Assembly: GCA_044361365.1 (NCBI GenBank)
Contig: JBIKIW010000001.1
Coordinates: 2,501-66,500 of the forward strand
Origin: Limisphaerales bacterium
Lineage (GTDB): Bacteria; Patescibacteriota; JACMRA01
Reading direction: 5' to 3'
Length of the DNA: 64,000 nt
Made by a program: the position numbers and the translations under genes. The notes under the pieces were generated by a model, which made no database searches, was not told where the DNA came from, and was given only the letters and a program-made list of their open reading frames with translations. This document shows, piece after piece, positions 32,239 to 43,869 of the stretch. The number at the start of each line of letters is the position of its first letter. Position 1 is the stretch's first letter.

Positions 32239-33522
32239 CTACTCCTGCCAAAATTCGCTGGTTTTTTGCTCTATGTATTTTTGAAGTCTTTGCATGTCTG
32301 TTGGTAGTTTTGACAAATCCATAGTATCAACCATTTGGCTAATTTCTTCGTAGCTTTTGGTGTCTAGCCCAAGCAATTGATCTAGCTCTGAATCGAATCC
32401 GCTTTGACTTTGACCAAGCATGTTTCCAGCTCCACGAAGTTCCAAATCTTTTTGAGCCAGTTCAAAACCGTCATTGTATTGCACCAAATATTTCAGTCTT
32501 TTGGCGTATTTAAAATTCGGGTGAGTGACCAAAATACACAAATTATTTTCTAGATTATTTCTACCAATTCTACCTCGTAATTGATGCAAAGCTGCTAGTC
32601 CAAACCGCTCAGAATTTAAAATCAAAATCATTGTTGCAGACCCGACATCAACCCCAACTTCAACCACACTTGTTGCCACCAAAATTTGCTTTTCGGGGTT
32701 ATCTTTAAACTCTTGCAAAATCTCTTTTTTTTCTTTTAGTCTGCCGTGAACTTGTAGTACTTTTCCTCTAAAAAATGACTCAAAATAATTGTAAGTTTTT
32801 TGCACATTCCAGACTTCATTTTCTTCCACTTCTTCGCCCTCTTCCACTTTCGCACAAATCACATAAACCTTTTCTCCAAGCAAAAGTTTGTTTTCAATTT
32901 CAGCAAAAGTTTGGTTTAATTTATCAAAAGTTATAACGTTAGTCTGGATCGATTTTCGGGTGGCAATTTTTTGCAAAAAATGGGGCTGCAAATATCTATA
33001 AACTGTAAGAGCTAAAGTACGTGGAATTGGGGTAGCTGAAAAGGATAAATAGTGAGCCGAAAGTTCTTGTTTTTCACTTGCATTTTTAGTCAAAACTTCA
33101 CGCTGTCTTACTCCAAATCTGTGTTGCTCATCCACCAAAACCAAGTCAGGTTTTACCTCCGCATCAAACAGTAAAGCTTGAGTCCCAATCCAAAATATTT
33201 TTGCCTCAGCTTCAAACAACCTTTCTTTCTCTTTTAAAAACTCTTTTTTGGTTAATTTTTGTCCATTTAAAAAGTATTTTTTCCCAGCTACCAAAAACAC
33301 CTCAAACCAATTTAGTAGTTCTGGATTTTGATTTTTTAATTCCAAAAGGCTTGCCGCGTGCTGACCTGCCAAAACCTCGGTTGGAGACATCAGAGCAACT
33401 TGGGATTTTGGTAAATTCTGCATGTAACAAAGTGCAATTACAAAAGCTACAATGGTTTTTCCACTTCCTACATCTCCAATTATAATACGGTTTACAGCCG
33501 AAATGAGATTATCTTTTGGCAT
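32239..33522 (-). CDS. recG: RecG-type helicase core without the N-terminal wedge domain
   Basis: GDVGSGKT, LVDEQHRFGV, SATPIPRTLAL, QLRGRIGR, ELRGAGNMLGQSQSG. Only 427 aa, and the Walker A motif begins about 15 residues from the start. Confidence 0.85.
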   Translation of the reverse strand: MPKDNLISAVNRIIIGDVGSGKTIVAFVIALCYMQNLPKSQVALMSPTEVLAGQHAASLLELKNQNPELLNWFEVFLVAGKKYFLNGQKLTKKEFLKEKERLFEAEAKIFWIGTQALLFDAEVKPDLVLVDEQHRFGVRQREVLTKNASEKQELSAHYLSFSATPIPRTLALTVYRYLQPHFLQKIATRKSIQTNVITFDKLNQTFAEIENKLLLGEKVYVICAKVEEGEEVEENEVWNVQKTYNYFESFFRGKVLQVHGRLKEKKEILQEFKDNPEKQILVATSVVEVGVDVGSATMILILNSERFGLAALHQLRGRIGRNNLENNLCILVTHPNFKYAKRLKYLVQYNDGFELAQKDLELRGAGNMLGQSQSGFDSELDQLLGLDTKSYEEISQMVDTMDLSKLPTDMQRLQKYIEQKTSEFWQE

Positions 33523-33532
33523 AAAGTTTTTT

Positions 33533-35386
33533 TTATTCTAATTCAAACATTGACTCAACTTCAGACTCCCACTCATCATGTATATTTTTAGCTACAGGTG
33601 ATGGAATTTGATCTTTATAAACTGGCACATTTGGATTAGAAAAACCTTCTGGAATTTGCTTATAAACTTCATAAAAAATCTTTTTCCCTGCAACCAAATT
33701 CAAATTATTTTCAGGTTCATCTTGAGTAATTTTTGGAGGTGGGGTTGGAGTGTCAAAATCTTGAATTTCGTACGATTCTTTAGGTGGTTCTTCGTAGCTA
33801 ATATCTTGAAAATTTTCTGGTTCAAATTTTGGATTTGGAGCTGTTGATTTTGCCCGAATTATATTTTCAATTTGAGGTGCAAATTTTAATTCAGAAGTTA
33901 AAAATTCTTTCAAAAAGTTTTGCAAAGTTGTCGACTTTAATTGGCTCAAAAAAAGATTGGTTGTGACACTAAAAATTGCCTTGTTATTTTCTACACTTTC
34001 TAACCTCAAATCGTGACCCAACATTTTTAAAATCGTAGGTGCGTTCGAAGCCTTCAACATCTTAGAAAAAAGTGAATTTGAGTTTGTATTTAAATCACTT
34101 TCTAGGTTGGAATTTTGAGTAAGCAATTCCCCTTTTGAAAGGGGTGGCACCGAAGGTGACGGGGCATGTTTGCCACTTTCAGATTCAACTAAATCAACTT
34201 TTTTTATGCTCGATAAATTTTCTTTTGATTCACTTTCATGCTTGGAACCTGGAGTCAATAATTCCCCTTTTTCAAAAGGGTTGGCAGCGATAGCTGACGG
34301 GGTATGTTTGTCGTTTTGAGAATAAGCAAAATCAACTTTTCTTACCTCTGAATTTACTACAGTAGATCTGTTCTCAACTGGCTTTTTTTTTACACTAACC
34401 ATTCCTTCTTTCTGATTCAAATTTGCCTGCAAAAGTGCAATTGTTTGAGCTATCGAAGTCACTGGTAATTTCCAACTTAAAACCTCAGCCGTAGTCGGAA
34501 CCAGGCTACCATAATCTGAATTTCCAGACAAAGTTTGGTCTAATAAAAATTCTAAAAATTGTCCCAAAAAAGTTTCCGCATCAAAGTTAATTTGAGTTAG
34601 TTTTTGTAAAAAGTTTTTATCTAAATTTTGACTTACAATTTTATCTGCAATTTCTACCAAAAAAGTTTCTGGAATTACACCCAAAATCTCAGCAGTTTTT
34701 TCAACCGAAAATTCATCCAAATTATAACTAGAAACTGTCTCCATGAGGTTGATTGCATCGCGTTGACTTCCTTCAGCTCTTTTAGCAATCAGCTCCAAAC
34801 TTTCTGTGTCAATTTTCAAAGTTTCAGCCTTAGCTATGAATTGTAATCTACCTACAATATTTTGAATTGTATGAGACGAAAGTGGAAGCTTGGTAAGCCT
34901 AGAAAGTACAGTAGGTAAAAGCTTTTCGGGATTGGTGGTGGCAAGCAAAAATACTACATGTTTTGGTGGCTCTTCTAGGGTTTTGAGTAATGCACTCATG
35001 GCACTTTTGGACAGCATGTGTACCTCGTCGATGATATAGATTTTGTACTTACCCGAAAGTGCTGGGGTGCTGGCGTTTTCAATAAGTTGTCTGATGTTAT
35101 CAATCCCGGTATTTGAGGCTGCATCTAGCTCGATAATATCAATTTTGGCTTCAGGGTAAGTTTCTACCTGGTTCAAAAGATTCGCAAAAATCCTGGCTAG
35201 TGTGGTTTTTCCAACTCCTCGTGAACCCGAAAAAAGATAGGCTTGTTTGATCAAATTTTTGGCGATTGCATTTTGCAAAACTGATTTTACTAACTCCTGA
35301 CCAACCACATCTTCAAAAGACTGGGGGCGATACTTGTTGTACCATGACATATACTTATTTCTTGGGTTAAAAATAACTTTAGTCAA
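33533..35386 (-). CDS. dnaX: DNA polymerase III gamma/tau subunit
   Basis: YRPQSFEDVVGQ, GSRGVGKTT, IYIIDEVHMLS, LLKTLEEPP, SRL. The linker region contains the tandem repeat listed below. Confidence 0.9.
   Translation of the reverse strand: MTKVIFNPRNKYMSWYNKYRPQSFEDVVGQELVKSVLQNAIAKNLIKQAYLFSGSRGVGKTTLARIFANLLNQVETYPEAKIDIIELDAASNTGIDNIRQLIENASTPALSGKYKIYIIDEVHMLSKSAMSALLKTLEEPPKHVVFLLATTNPEKLLPTVLSRLTKLPLSSHTIQNIVGRLQFIAKAETLKIDTESLELIAKRAEGSQRDAINLMETVSSYNLDEFSVEKTAEILGVIPETFLVEIADKIVSQNLDKNFLQKLTQINFDAETFLGQFLEFLLDQTLSGNSDYGSLVPTTAEVLSWKLPVTSIAQTIALLQANLNQKEGMVSVKKKPVENRSTVVNSEVRKVDFAYSQNDKHTPSAIAANPFEKGELLTPGSKHESESKENLSSIKKVDLVESESGKHAPSPSVPPLSKGELLTQNSNLESDLNTNSNSLFSKMLKASNAPTILKMLGHDLRLESVENNKAIFSVTTNLFLSQLKSTTLQNFLKEFLTSELKFAPQIENIIRAKSTAPNPKFEPENFQDISYEEPPKESYEIQDFDTPTPPPKITQDEPENNLNLVAGKKIFYEVYKQIPEGFSNPNVPVYKDQIPSPVAKNIHDEWESEVESMFELE
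34125..34172 (-). repeat. GC-rich two-hairpin element, copy 2 (inside dnaX)
   Basis: Sense (minus) strand: caaacatgCCCCGTCACCttcGGTGCCACCCCTTtcaaAAGGGGAAtt, translated as KHAPSPSVPPLSKGEL. Confidence 0.7.
34260..34310 (-). repeat. GC-rich two-hairpin element, copy 3 (inside dnaX, 135 nt from copy 2)
   Basis: Sense (minus) strand: caaacataCCCCGTCAGCtatcGCTGCCAACCCTTttgaaAAAGGGGAAtt, translated as KHTPSAIAANPFEKGEL. Confidence 0.7.
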
Positions 35387-35434
35387 AAATCAAAATTTAT
35401 AATTCAACATTTATAATTCACAAATAACTCACCT

Positions 35435-35463
35435 TTGACATAAAATCACCCTACGGCTATGGT
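35435..35463 (+). promoter_or_regulatory. Candidate promoter of ssrA
   Basis: TTGACA (35435-35440), a 17-nt spacer, then TATGGT (35458-35463). The tmRNA 5' end at 35472 follows. Confidence 0.5.
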
Positions 35464-35471
35464 TAAAATCT

Positions 35472-35959
35472 GGGGATGACCTAGTTTTGACAGTTGGATA
35501 TTGGCTAAAACATACTAGATAGTTTTGCTTATTTTTTCTATAAAAACGAGTAGCACTTTTAAATGCAAACAATTCAACTTCTGCCTTTGAGAAAATCGGA
35601 GGACGTATCGCACAAGCTTTAGGTCTCGAGATCACTCAGGGCGTACCCCAAACAGCAATCGCCTAGTTTAGTTGCCACTTATTGGCAGAATATCCCTCCG
35701 GATAAAATCTAAACATGGGGTACACAATTACTTTTATATTGGATTTGGCGTAAGAGTAAATTGTAGAAAAACAACACAAATTCCTTGGTTAAGTTGTTAG
35801 CGGGCTAACCGAGTACAATGCTAACAGTGTGCTTAAAACTTTTTTGATTTGGTTTGAGATCACACTTAAAACAATTAAATCAAATATGCGTCTAGTTTGA
35901 AAAAGTGTTTTAGACCCAAATCCAATTGGACGGGGGTGCAACTCCCCCCATCTCCACCA
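35472..35959 (+). ncRNA. ssrA: tmRNA (SsrA)
   Basis: The 5' GGGGATG pairs with the 3' CATCTCC, including the G3-U pair, followed by ACCA. The T-arm-like GGACGGGGGTGCAACTCCCCCC precedes it. A candidate tag frame starts at GCA 35565. The length of 488 nt is at the long end for tmRNA. Confidence 0.85.
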
Positions 35960-35988
35960 AGAGAAAAATAATAATTAAATGATTTAAA

Positions 35989-36459
35989 ATGCCTGAAACT
36001 TCAAAAGTATCGATGGATTTACTACTATACCTTTACGGTTTATACAAAACGAACTTAACACTATTTAAAAAAATAGACTTATTTTTTGACCCACCTGCAA
36101 AACTTATGAATACAACTTACAGTGGTGGCGAAGAATCTGATCAGTTAAAAGAAGATTTCTTAAAAGTGTGTCAAACAGCTGATGAAATGAGAAGATCCTT
36201 AGATTTTCTTGAAAACGAAGGTTTTATTAGCTATAATAATTGTAAGTATGATGAGTGGAGTGTAGAGTATAAAGAGTTTAATCTTCACTCTTCGGGAATC
36301 AAAATAATCGAAGGTATTAATGACAAGAATCATAGAAAAAGTTTTTCAGATAAATTCCATATTACCATAAATGTTAATTTAGAAAGTCTTATAAAAAATG
36401 AACTAGGAGGTCTAAATTTAAGTTTGCTGAATTTAAAAGATTTACTCGGAATGCTCTGA
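35989..36459 (+). CDS. Hypothetical protein
   Basis: 156-aa ORF directly after ssrA. The segment RRSLDFLENEGFISY is wHTH-like, but this is weak. Confidence 0.5.
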   Translation: MPETSKVSMDLLLYLYGLYKTNLTLFKKIDLFFDPPAKLMNTTYSGGEESDQLKEDFLKVCQTADEMRRSLDFLENEGFISYNNCKYDEWSVEYKEFNLHSSGIKIIEGINDKNHRKSFSDKFHITINVNLESLIKNELGGLNLSLLNLKDLLGML

Positions 36460-36579
36460 AATTCTTAAACTGAGAAATAACTTAATTAGTACAACAATAC
36501 CAAATTTAACCGAGGAAATATTAGGTCTTGAAAGGTTTAGTTAGGTTAATTAGATCGAATTTACTCTGTTTGAATATAT

Positions 36580-36852
36580 TTAAAACCAGAATTTCTTCAT
36601 TTGAACTAAGAAATTTTTATCTATTTCTACATCGCTATTTGCAATAACTGAATCAATTCCACAATTAGGACAAATAGCTGTTTTACATTCGTGTTTTGCT
36701 TCGTTAACCCATTCGCTAATCGTATTTGGGTGATAAATTTCTAAACAATAAAAACAACCACAACTATCAGATTTTGCTAGACTTGGTTTATTACAAATAC
36801 AGAAATCGTGGTACTTTTGCAGTTCTTCTTTGGATAGAATTTCGTTTTTCAT
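36580..36852 (-). CDS. Small cysteine-rich (probable zinc-binding) protein
   Basis: 90 aa with nine Cys, including CGCFYC and CPNCG pairs. Confidence 0.55.
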   Translation of the reverse strand: MKNEILSKEELQKYHDFCICNKPSLAKSDSCGCFYCLEIYHPNTISEWVNEAKHECKTAICPNCGIDSVIANSDVEIDKNFLVQMKKFWF

Positions 36853-37011
36853 AAGTATGAATTATCTTTTTATAACTTATTTACTTTAAATGCAAATTTA
36901 TCAACTCAAATTTTACTCCACTCTACCCCAATTTGACCACCTATTTAAAACTCAAACTACAACATCAGCTCATCCCTTTACAGTCCACAACAATCCAACT
37001 AAAAACACACT

Positions 37012-37605
37012 ATGACAAAAAACACACCAAATCCAAAAGTTGATTTTTATTTTACTAAAGCCAAAAAATGGCAAGTGGAGTTAGAAAAATTGCGAAAAAT
37101 TGTCCTTGATTGTGGACTAAGCGAAGAATTGAAATGGGGTGTTCCTTGTTATACTTTTGAGGGAAATAATATAGTTTTGATACATACATTTAAAGAGTAC
37201 TGTGCAGTTTTGTTTTTTAAGGGAGTTTTGTTAAAAGATATCAGTCATATTCTAATCCAACAAACTGAAAACGTGCAGTCAGCTCGCCAAATACGATTTA
37301 TAAATATTGAAGAAGTGGTTGAAAAGGAAGAGGTTATAAAAGCCTATATTGATGAAGCCATAGAAGTAGAAAAATCATGGTTGACGGTGAATTTTAAAAA
37401 GCCTGCGGAGTTCACATTTCCTGAAGAATTTCAAAACAAATTAAACGAAATTCCTACCCTAAAAACTGCTTTTGAGAAATTGACTCCAGGACGACAAAGA
37501 GCATATATTCTATATTTCTCCGCACCCAAACAATCCAAAACCAGAATCTCTCGAGTTGAAAAATACATCGACCGAATTTTGGACGGATTCGGAATAGACG
37601 ATTAG
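37012..37605 (+). CDS. YdeI/DUF1801-family protein
   Basis: N-terminal DUF1801-like region (KKWQVELEKLRKIVL...ELKWGVPCYTF) and the C-terminal YdeI signature LTPGRQRAYILYFSAPKQSKTRISRVEKYIDRIL. Confidence 0.75.
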   Translation: MTKNTPNPKVDFYFTKAKKWQVELEKLRKIVLDCGLSEELKWGVPCYTFEGNNIVLIHTFKEYCAVLFFKGVLLKDISHILIQQTENVQSARQIRFINIEEVVEKEEVIKAYIDEAIEVEKSWLTVNFKKPAEFTFPEEFQNKLNEIPTLKTAFEKLTPGRQRAYILYFSAPKQSKTRISRVEKYIDRILDGFGIDD

Positions 37606-37610
37606 ACAAA

Positions 37611-38642
37611 CTAAACCACCCCCGTCAACCTCCTAACAATTTCCTCCTCACTAGGTAAAAACTTGGCGATATTTTCTGGGAGATCTGAGAAATTTTTGTA
37701 TTGATTATAGGTTGCTACTCCAACGGGTTGATTTTGAGCTTCAAGTAAATACTCTACCACTGTTCTGTCTTTATCTTTGCAAACTAAAATCCCAATTGTA
37801 GGGTTGTGTTCTGGTTTTTTGATAGTTTGGTTTGTGGCTAACAAATACATCTGCAATTGACCTAAATCTTTTGGATCAAATTCTCTAGCCTTTAGTTCAA
37901 AAACTACATAACAATTTAGCGTCAGATTAAAAAACATTAAATCCACAAAGTATTCTTTTTCCCTATATTCTAGCCTAAACTGCCTGCCCACAAAAGCAAA
38001 ACTTCCACCCATTTCTGACAAAAACCTCACAATATTAGTCACAATGCTACTTTCTAATTCTTGCTCCTCAAATGGACTATCGGGGTTTATCAGTTCCACA
38101 TTGTAGTCATCTACAAATTCCCAGGCAACTCTACTTTTCAAATCTTCAGAAATTGTGCTGCCAAAGTTATTTTGTGTAAGCAATTGTTTTTGATAAAAGT
38201 TTTGCTGAATTTTGTCTTTTAGATCAAGTTTTGACCAACCCATTTGTGCGGTCTTTTTGAGGTAAAATTCTCTTTCCAAATCATCTTTACACTTTTCAAT
38301 AATCATACAATTTTGCACCCAGCCAATTTCTGCCACTAGCGGTGTCAGTTTTGCATTTTTTGAATAAACTTCATACAAAGACTTCATTCTCCATATATTT
38401 CTAGCTGAAAATCCTTTTGTTCCTGCAAATTCAAATTGTAAGTCTTTGGCTAATTTTTCGACCGTGCTATTACCCCAACATTCCAGCTCAATTTTCTCAG
38501 AAATAGTTTTGCCAATATTCCAGTACAGCTCCACAGTTTGCCTCGAAACGGATTTTAGCATGCTGTACCTAGCAAGTCTTATGTTTTCAACAAGTTGCTT
38601 TAGGGTTTGAGAATATTCGGTTGATAATTGGCTTTTGGTCAT
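37611..38642 (-). CDS. DUF1016/YhcG-family PD-(D/E)xK nuclease-domain protein
   Basis: N-terminal VELYWNIGKTISEK...WGNSTVEKLAKDL...KGFSARNIWRMKSLY. C-terminal nuclease core YFVDLMFFN...VVFELKA. Confidence 0.85.
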   Translation of the reverse strand: MTKSQLSTEYSQTLKQLVENIRLARYSMLKSVSRQTVELYWNIGKTISEKIELECWGNSTVEKLAKDLQFEFAGTKGFSARNIWRMKSLYEVYSKNAKLTPLVAEIGWVQNCMIIEKCKDDLEREFYLKKTAQMGWSKLDLKDKIQQNFYQKQLLTQNNFGSTISEDLKSRVAWEFVDDYNVELINPDSPFEEQELESSIVTNIVRFLSEMGGSFAFVGRQFRLEYREKEYFVDLMFFNLTLNCYVVFELKAREFDPKDLGQLQMYLLATNQTIKKPEHNPTIGILVCKDKDRTVVEYLLEAQNQPVGVATYNQYKNFSDLPENIAKFLPSEEEIVRRLTGVV

Positions 38643-38792
38643 CAGTTAAATTTAAAAAATAGTTTCTACTAAAGATCAAGCGTGTTCAATTGTTTTTGCA
38701 AATAACGGTCAAAATGAGTATTAATTTGGTCAGTATGTTTATTTTGGATAAATAAAAAATGATGTGTATTCGAAACAATCAGACTCTAAATT

Positions 38793-39143
38793 CTACCCCA
38801 AAACCTCTCCCCATTCCCCAATTTCAAACCCTCGAAGCACAACCTCCCCTTCTTTTTCAACCATCGGTCGTTTAATGGAATTAGGAGTTTTTAGCATAAA
38901 TTCAATAGCTGATTTGGTATCCACAACTAAATTTTTGTCTGATTCTAGGGCTTTTCGCCACATCATTCCTTGTCGGTTCAAAACCTGTTCCCAGCCAAAT
39001 TTATCACACCAAGACTGCAAATGAGTTGCGTCAATTCCTAATTTTTTATAGTCGTGGAAATTATAATTTATTTCGTTAGATTCCAGCCAATTTCTAGCTT
39101 TTTTTACAGTAGAACAGTTTGTAATTCCATAGACAGTAAGCAT
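38793..39143 (-). CDS. ArsC/Spx-family protein (YffB-like)
   Basis: The start is taken at ATG 39143: MLTVYGITNCSTVKKARNWLE...NRQGMMWRKL-type motif...SIKRPMV. Confidence 0.8.
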   Translation of the reverse strand: MLTVYGITNCSTVKKARNWLESNEINYNFHDYKKLGIDATHLQSWCDKFGWEQVLNRQGMMWRKALESDKNLVVDTKSAIEFMLKTPNSIKRPMVEKEGEVVLRGFEIGEWGEVLG

Positions 39144-39264
39144 ATTTTTGAATTTCTCCAGCAAGTTTGGGTTTGTCAAAAGCTATCTTCAGAAAAGATC
39201 TGCACAATTTTTTGTGTTTTGCGGTAGAAATTTCAACTCTTGATTAGTCGTTTTCCCCTTTGTA

Positions 39265-41247
<1,983 letters not shown>

Positions 41248-41255
41248 ACAAAATT

Positions 41256-41969
41256 ATGCTTGATATTGCCGTTTTTGAAGAACAAATTGGATATGTTTTT
41301 ACAGACAAAGTTTTATTAAAAATTGCCCTTACTCATAGATCTTATTTACACGAAAAAGAAAAAGACCCTGATATAACTAACCACAATGAAAGGTTGGAAT
41401 TTTTGGGCGATGCAGTTTTGGAACTGATTGTTACAGAGTTTTTGTATTCAGATTTTCCTGGTTCAGAAGAAGGTTATCTTACTTCTTTGCGGGCTGCCTT
41501 GGTGAATTATCGAAACTTAGGCGGAATTGGTAAAAAATTAGAGTTAGAGAAAAAAATGCTACTAGGAAGGAGTGAAAAAAGCGATCCGTCAGCAGATAAA
41601 ATAGTCTTGGTTGCTAACGCCATGGAAGCACTTCTTGGGGCAATTCACCTAGATGGTGGCTATGAACCAGCCAAAAAATTCGTGCAAAAGTTTATTTTGG
41701 TTGAAATAGATAATATCATTGCCACCAAAATTTACCGTGACAGCAAAACTGAATTCCAAGAACTAGTTCAAAGAAAATTAAAAGTTACCCCTCGCTACAA
41801 AATCATCGAAAGCCACGGTAAAGATCATGAAAAAATGTTTATTTCTGGGGTTTTTTTGGATGATAAAATGATCGCTCAAGGGATGGGTAAATCTAAACAA
41901 GAGGCAGAAACTATGGCAGCAGAAGAAGCACTGAAAGAAATGGCTGAAGAATTAGAAGAGGTTCTTTAA
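41256..41969 (+). CDS. rnc: Ribonuclease III
   Basis: NERLEFLGDAVL signature, a second acidic cluster ANAMEALLGAI, and a C-terminal dsRBD. Confidence 0.9.
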   Translation: MLDIAVFEEQIGYVFTDKVLLKIALTHRSYLHEKEKDPDITNHNERLEFLGDAVLELIVTEFLYSDFPGSEEGYLTSLRAALVNYRNLGGIGKKLELEKKMLLGRSEKSDPSADKIVLVANAMEALLGAIHLDGGYEPAKKFVQKFILVEIDNIIATKIYRDSKTEFQELVQRKLKVTPRYKIIESHGKDHEKMFISGVFLDDKMIAQGMGKSKQEAETMAAEEALKEMAEELEEVL

Positions 41970-41991
41970 ATTCACTTGGTAAGTTATTGAT

Positions 41992-43755
41992 TTAAGCAAT
42001 TTCTAGTTTAGATTTATGTCTGTGCCTGCCAAGATCATCATCACAAAAGCCTAGATGAAAAAGAGCATCTTTAGTTTTATCAAAAACCTTCCCATCAGAA
42101 TACATTTTTTTAAAAAAGGAGCTCTGTCTTAAAACTACTTCTACATCTTTGCCAGCGGAACTTATTAAAACATTTTTTCCAACTGCACGAAAATTGGTTA
42201 CAATTTCTTCCAAGGCATCAAGACCATCAATATCAACATAAAACAAATCTCGCATTCTTAAAATCACAGCCTCCAAACCAGGCATAGCTTTTATTTTTTC
42301 TAAATTTTCTTGATGAGCTTGGGTGTCTAAATAGACCATTACACCTTCAATACTATAGACCACTGTATCTACATCGCATTTAGGCATAAAAAGTGAATGC
42401 CCATGTTCGTATTCCACAACTTTTTTATTGGAGTTAAAAGTAATTTCGAATTCACCACGACTAAGCTTATCTACAAACATCAAAAGACTTACTACCACGC
42501 CAAGTAAAATCCCATATGAGGCATCTTCAGCAATTGTTATGCCAGCAACTAAAAGACTAACTATCAAACTTCCTGTTTCTTTTTTCCAGAAACGTTCAAA
42601 TTTTTCTATTTCAATCAATCCTAGGGCAGTATTAAAAAGTATTGCTGCAATCGCTGCCATTGGAATATACTGAAAAAATGGTAGGAAAATAATAGCCAAA
42701 AAACCTGTAAAAATAGCCGCTAATCCGGCAGAAAGCTTTCCTTTTGCTCCAGTTTTTATATTTAATCCGGTTCTAATAAAAACTCCGGTAGCAGGTAGTC
42801 CACCAAAAAAACCAGATGCAATATTCGCTAAAGCTAAACCTAGAACTTCTTTACGAACATTAGTTTTAGTTTTAGTTGTTTTATCTGCTATTCGGGCTGA
42901 GATTAGAGTTTCTAAAATAGCTATAGCTGCCACAACTATAGCTGTACTAATAAGCCTAGAATTAAAAGAATTGTCGTTTTGAATTAAATTAAGAATTTTT
43001 GAATAATCTGGAAAATTCCATATAGCTGGCTTTATTTGTCCAAATTTGTTGATTAGCGTTATTGGTTTTACCCCAAAATTAAAACTTGTAGTTATCCAGC
43101 CTAGAGCTATGCCGATAATTGAAACTATAATAGCTCCTGGGATTTTGAACTGAATTTTTTTTAGGTAAATTAAAATCGCTAAGGAAATAAAAAATATCGC
43201 CAAAGAGGTTGGTTGCCAAGTATCAATTTTATCAAAAGAAGCGACTAGTTTTTCAAAAAAGTGATTTTCTGAGTGCACACCTTGAAGACCAAGAGCATCG
43301 TTTATCTGTCCAAAAGCAATTAAAATAGCTACCCCTGCGGCAAATCCGTACATCACTGAACTTGGTATATAGATCAAATATTTATCTAATCTCAACATCC
43401 AAATAATAAGCGTAACTAAACCAGTTGTCATTGCAAGTAGGGGTAGTGCAAAAACCAACTCTTGACCATTAAAGTTGGCAAATGCAAAAAGTATTGTAGT
43501 TAAAGCTCCAGCAGCTCCAATGATATTATATTTACTACCACCAAATATAGCAGCTATCAAACCTGCCCAAACTCCAGTTATTACACCTGGTATCGGTCCA
43601 GCCCCGGAAGCGATTGAAAGTGCAATTCCAAGAGGTAAAGATACAAGAGCAACTGTAAGTCCAGCCGCCCAGTTTTGACTTAAATTAAATAAGATATTTT
43701 TTCCAAAGTTATTATTTTCCAAGTTTGTATCTTTTTCAGACACTAAATCAATCAT
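41992..43755 (-). CDS. SulP-family anion permease with a C-terminal STAS domain
   Basis: Multi-TM core with the SulP pattern (GLTVALVSLPLGIALSIASG, NIASGFFGGLPATG) plus a STAS-like tail. Confidence 0.9.
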   Translation of the reverse strand: MIDLVSEKDTNLENNNFGKNILFNLSQNWAAGLTVALVSLPLGIALSIASGAGPIPGVITGVWAGLIAAIFGGSKYNIIGAAGALTTILFAFANFNGQELVFALPLLAMTTGLVTLIIWMLRLDKYLIYIPSSVMYGFAAGVAILIAFGQINDALGLQGVHSENHFFEKLVASFDKIDTWQPTSLAIFFISLAILIYLKKIQFKIPGAIIVSIIGIALGWITTSFNFGVKPITLINKFGQIKPAIWNFPDYSKILNLIQNDNSFNSRLISTAIVVAAIAILETLISARIADKTTKTKTNVRKEVLGLALANIASGFFGGLPATGVFIRTGLNIKTGAKGKLSAGLAAIFTGFLAIIFLPFFQYIPMAAIAAILFNTALGLIEIEKFERFWKKETGSLIVSLLVAGITIAEDASYGILLGVVVSLLMFVDKLSRGEFEITFNSNKKVVEYEHGHSLFMPKCDVDTVVYSIEGVMVYLDTQAHQENLEKIKAMPGLEAVILRMRDLFYVDIDGLDALEEIVTNFRAVGKNVLISSAGKDVEVVLRQSSFFKKMYSDGKVFDKTKDALFHLGFCDDDLGRHRHKSKLEIA

Positions 43756-43869
43756 AGTAATTAATATCAGGGTAAAAATGTATAATTAAAAACATATTAA
43801 TCTTAAAGCCCTCTTGTCAAGATTTTAAGCCTAGACACAAAGTAAAAAACTCTATTAATTAAAATTATT

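Noticed and set aside
34125-34310. A CRISPR-like repeat pair
   Set aside because: There are only two copies. They lie inside the dnaX reading frame, the sequence between them is a diverged duplicate rather than a spacer, and there are no cas genes in the window.
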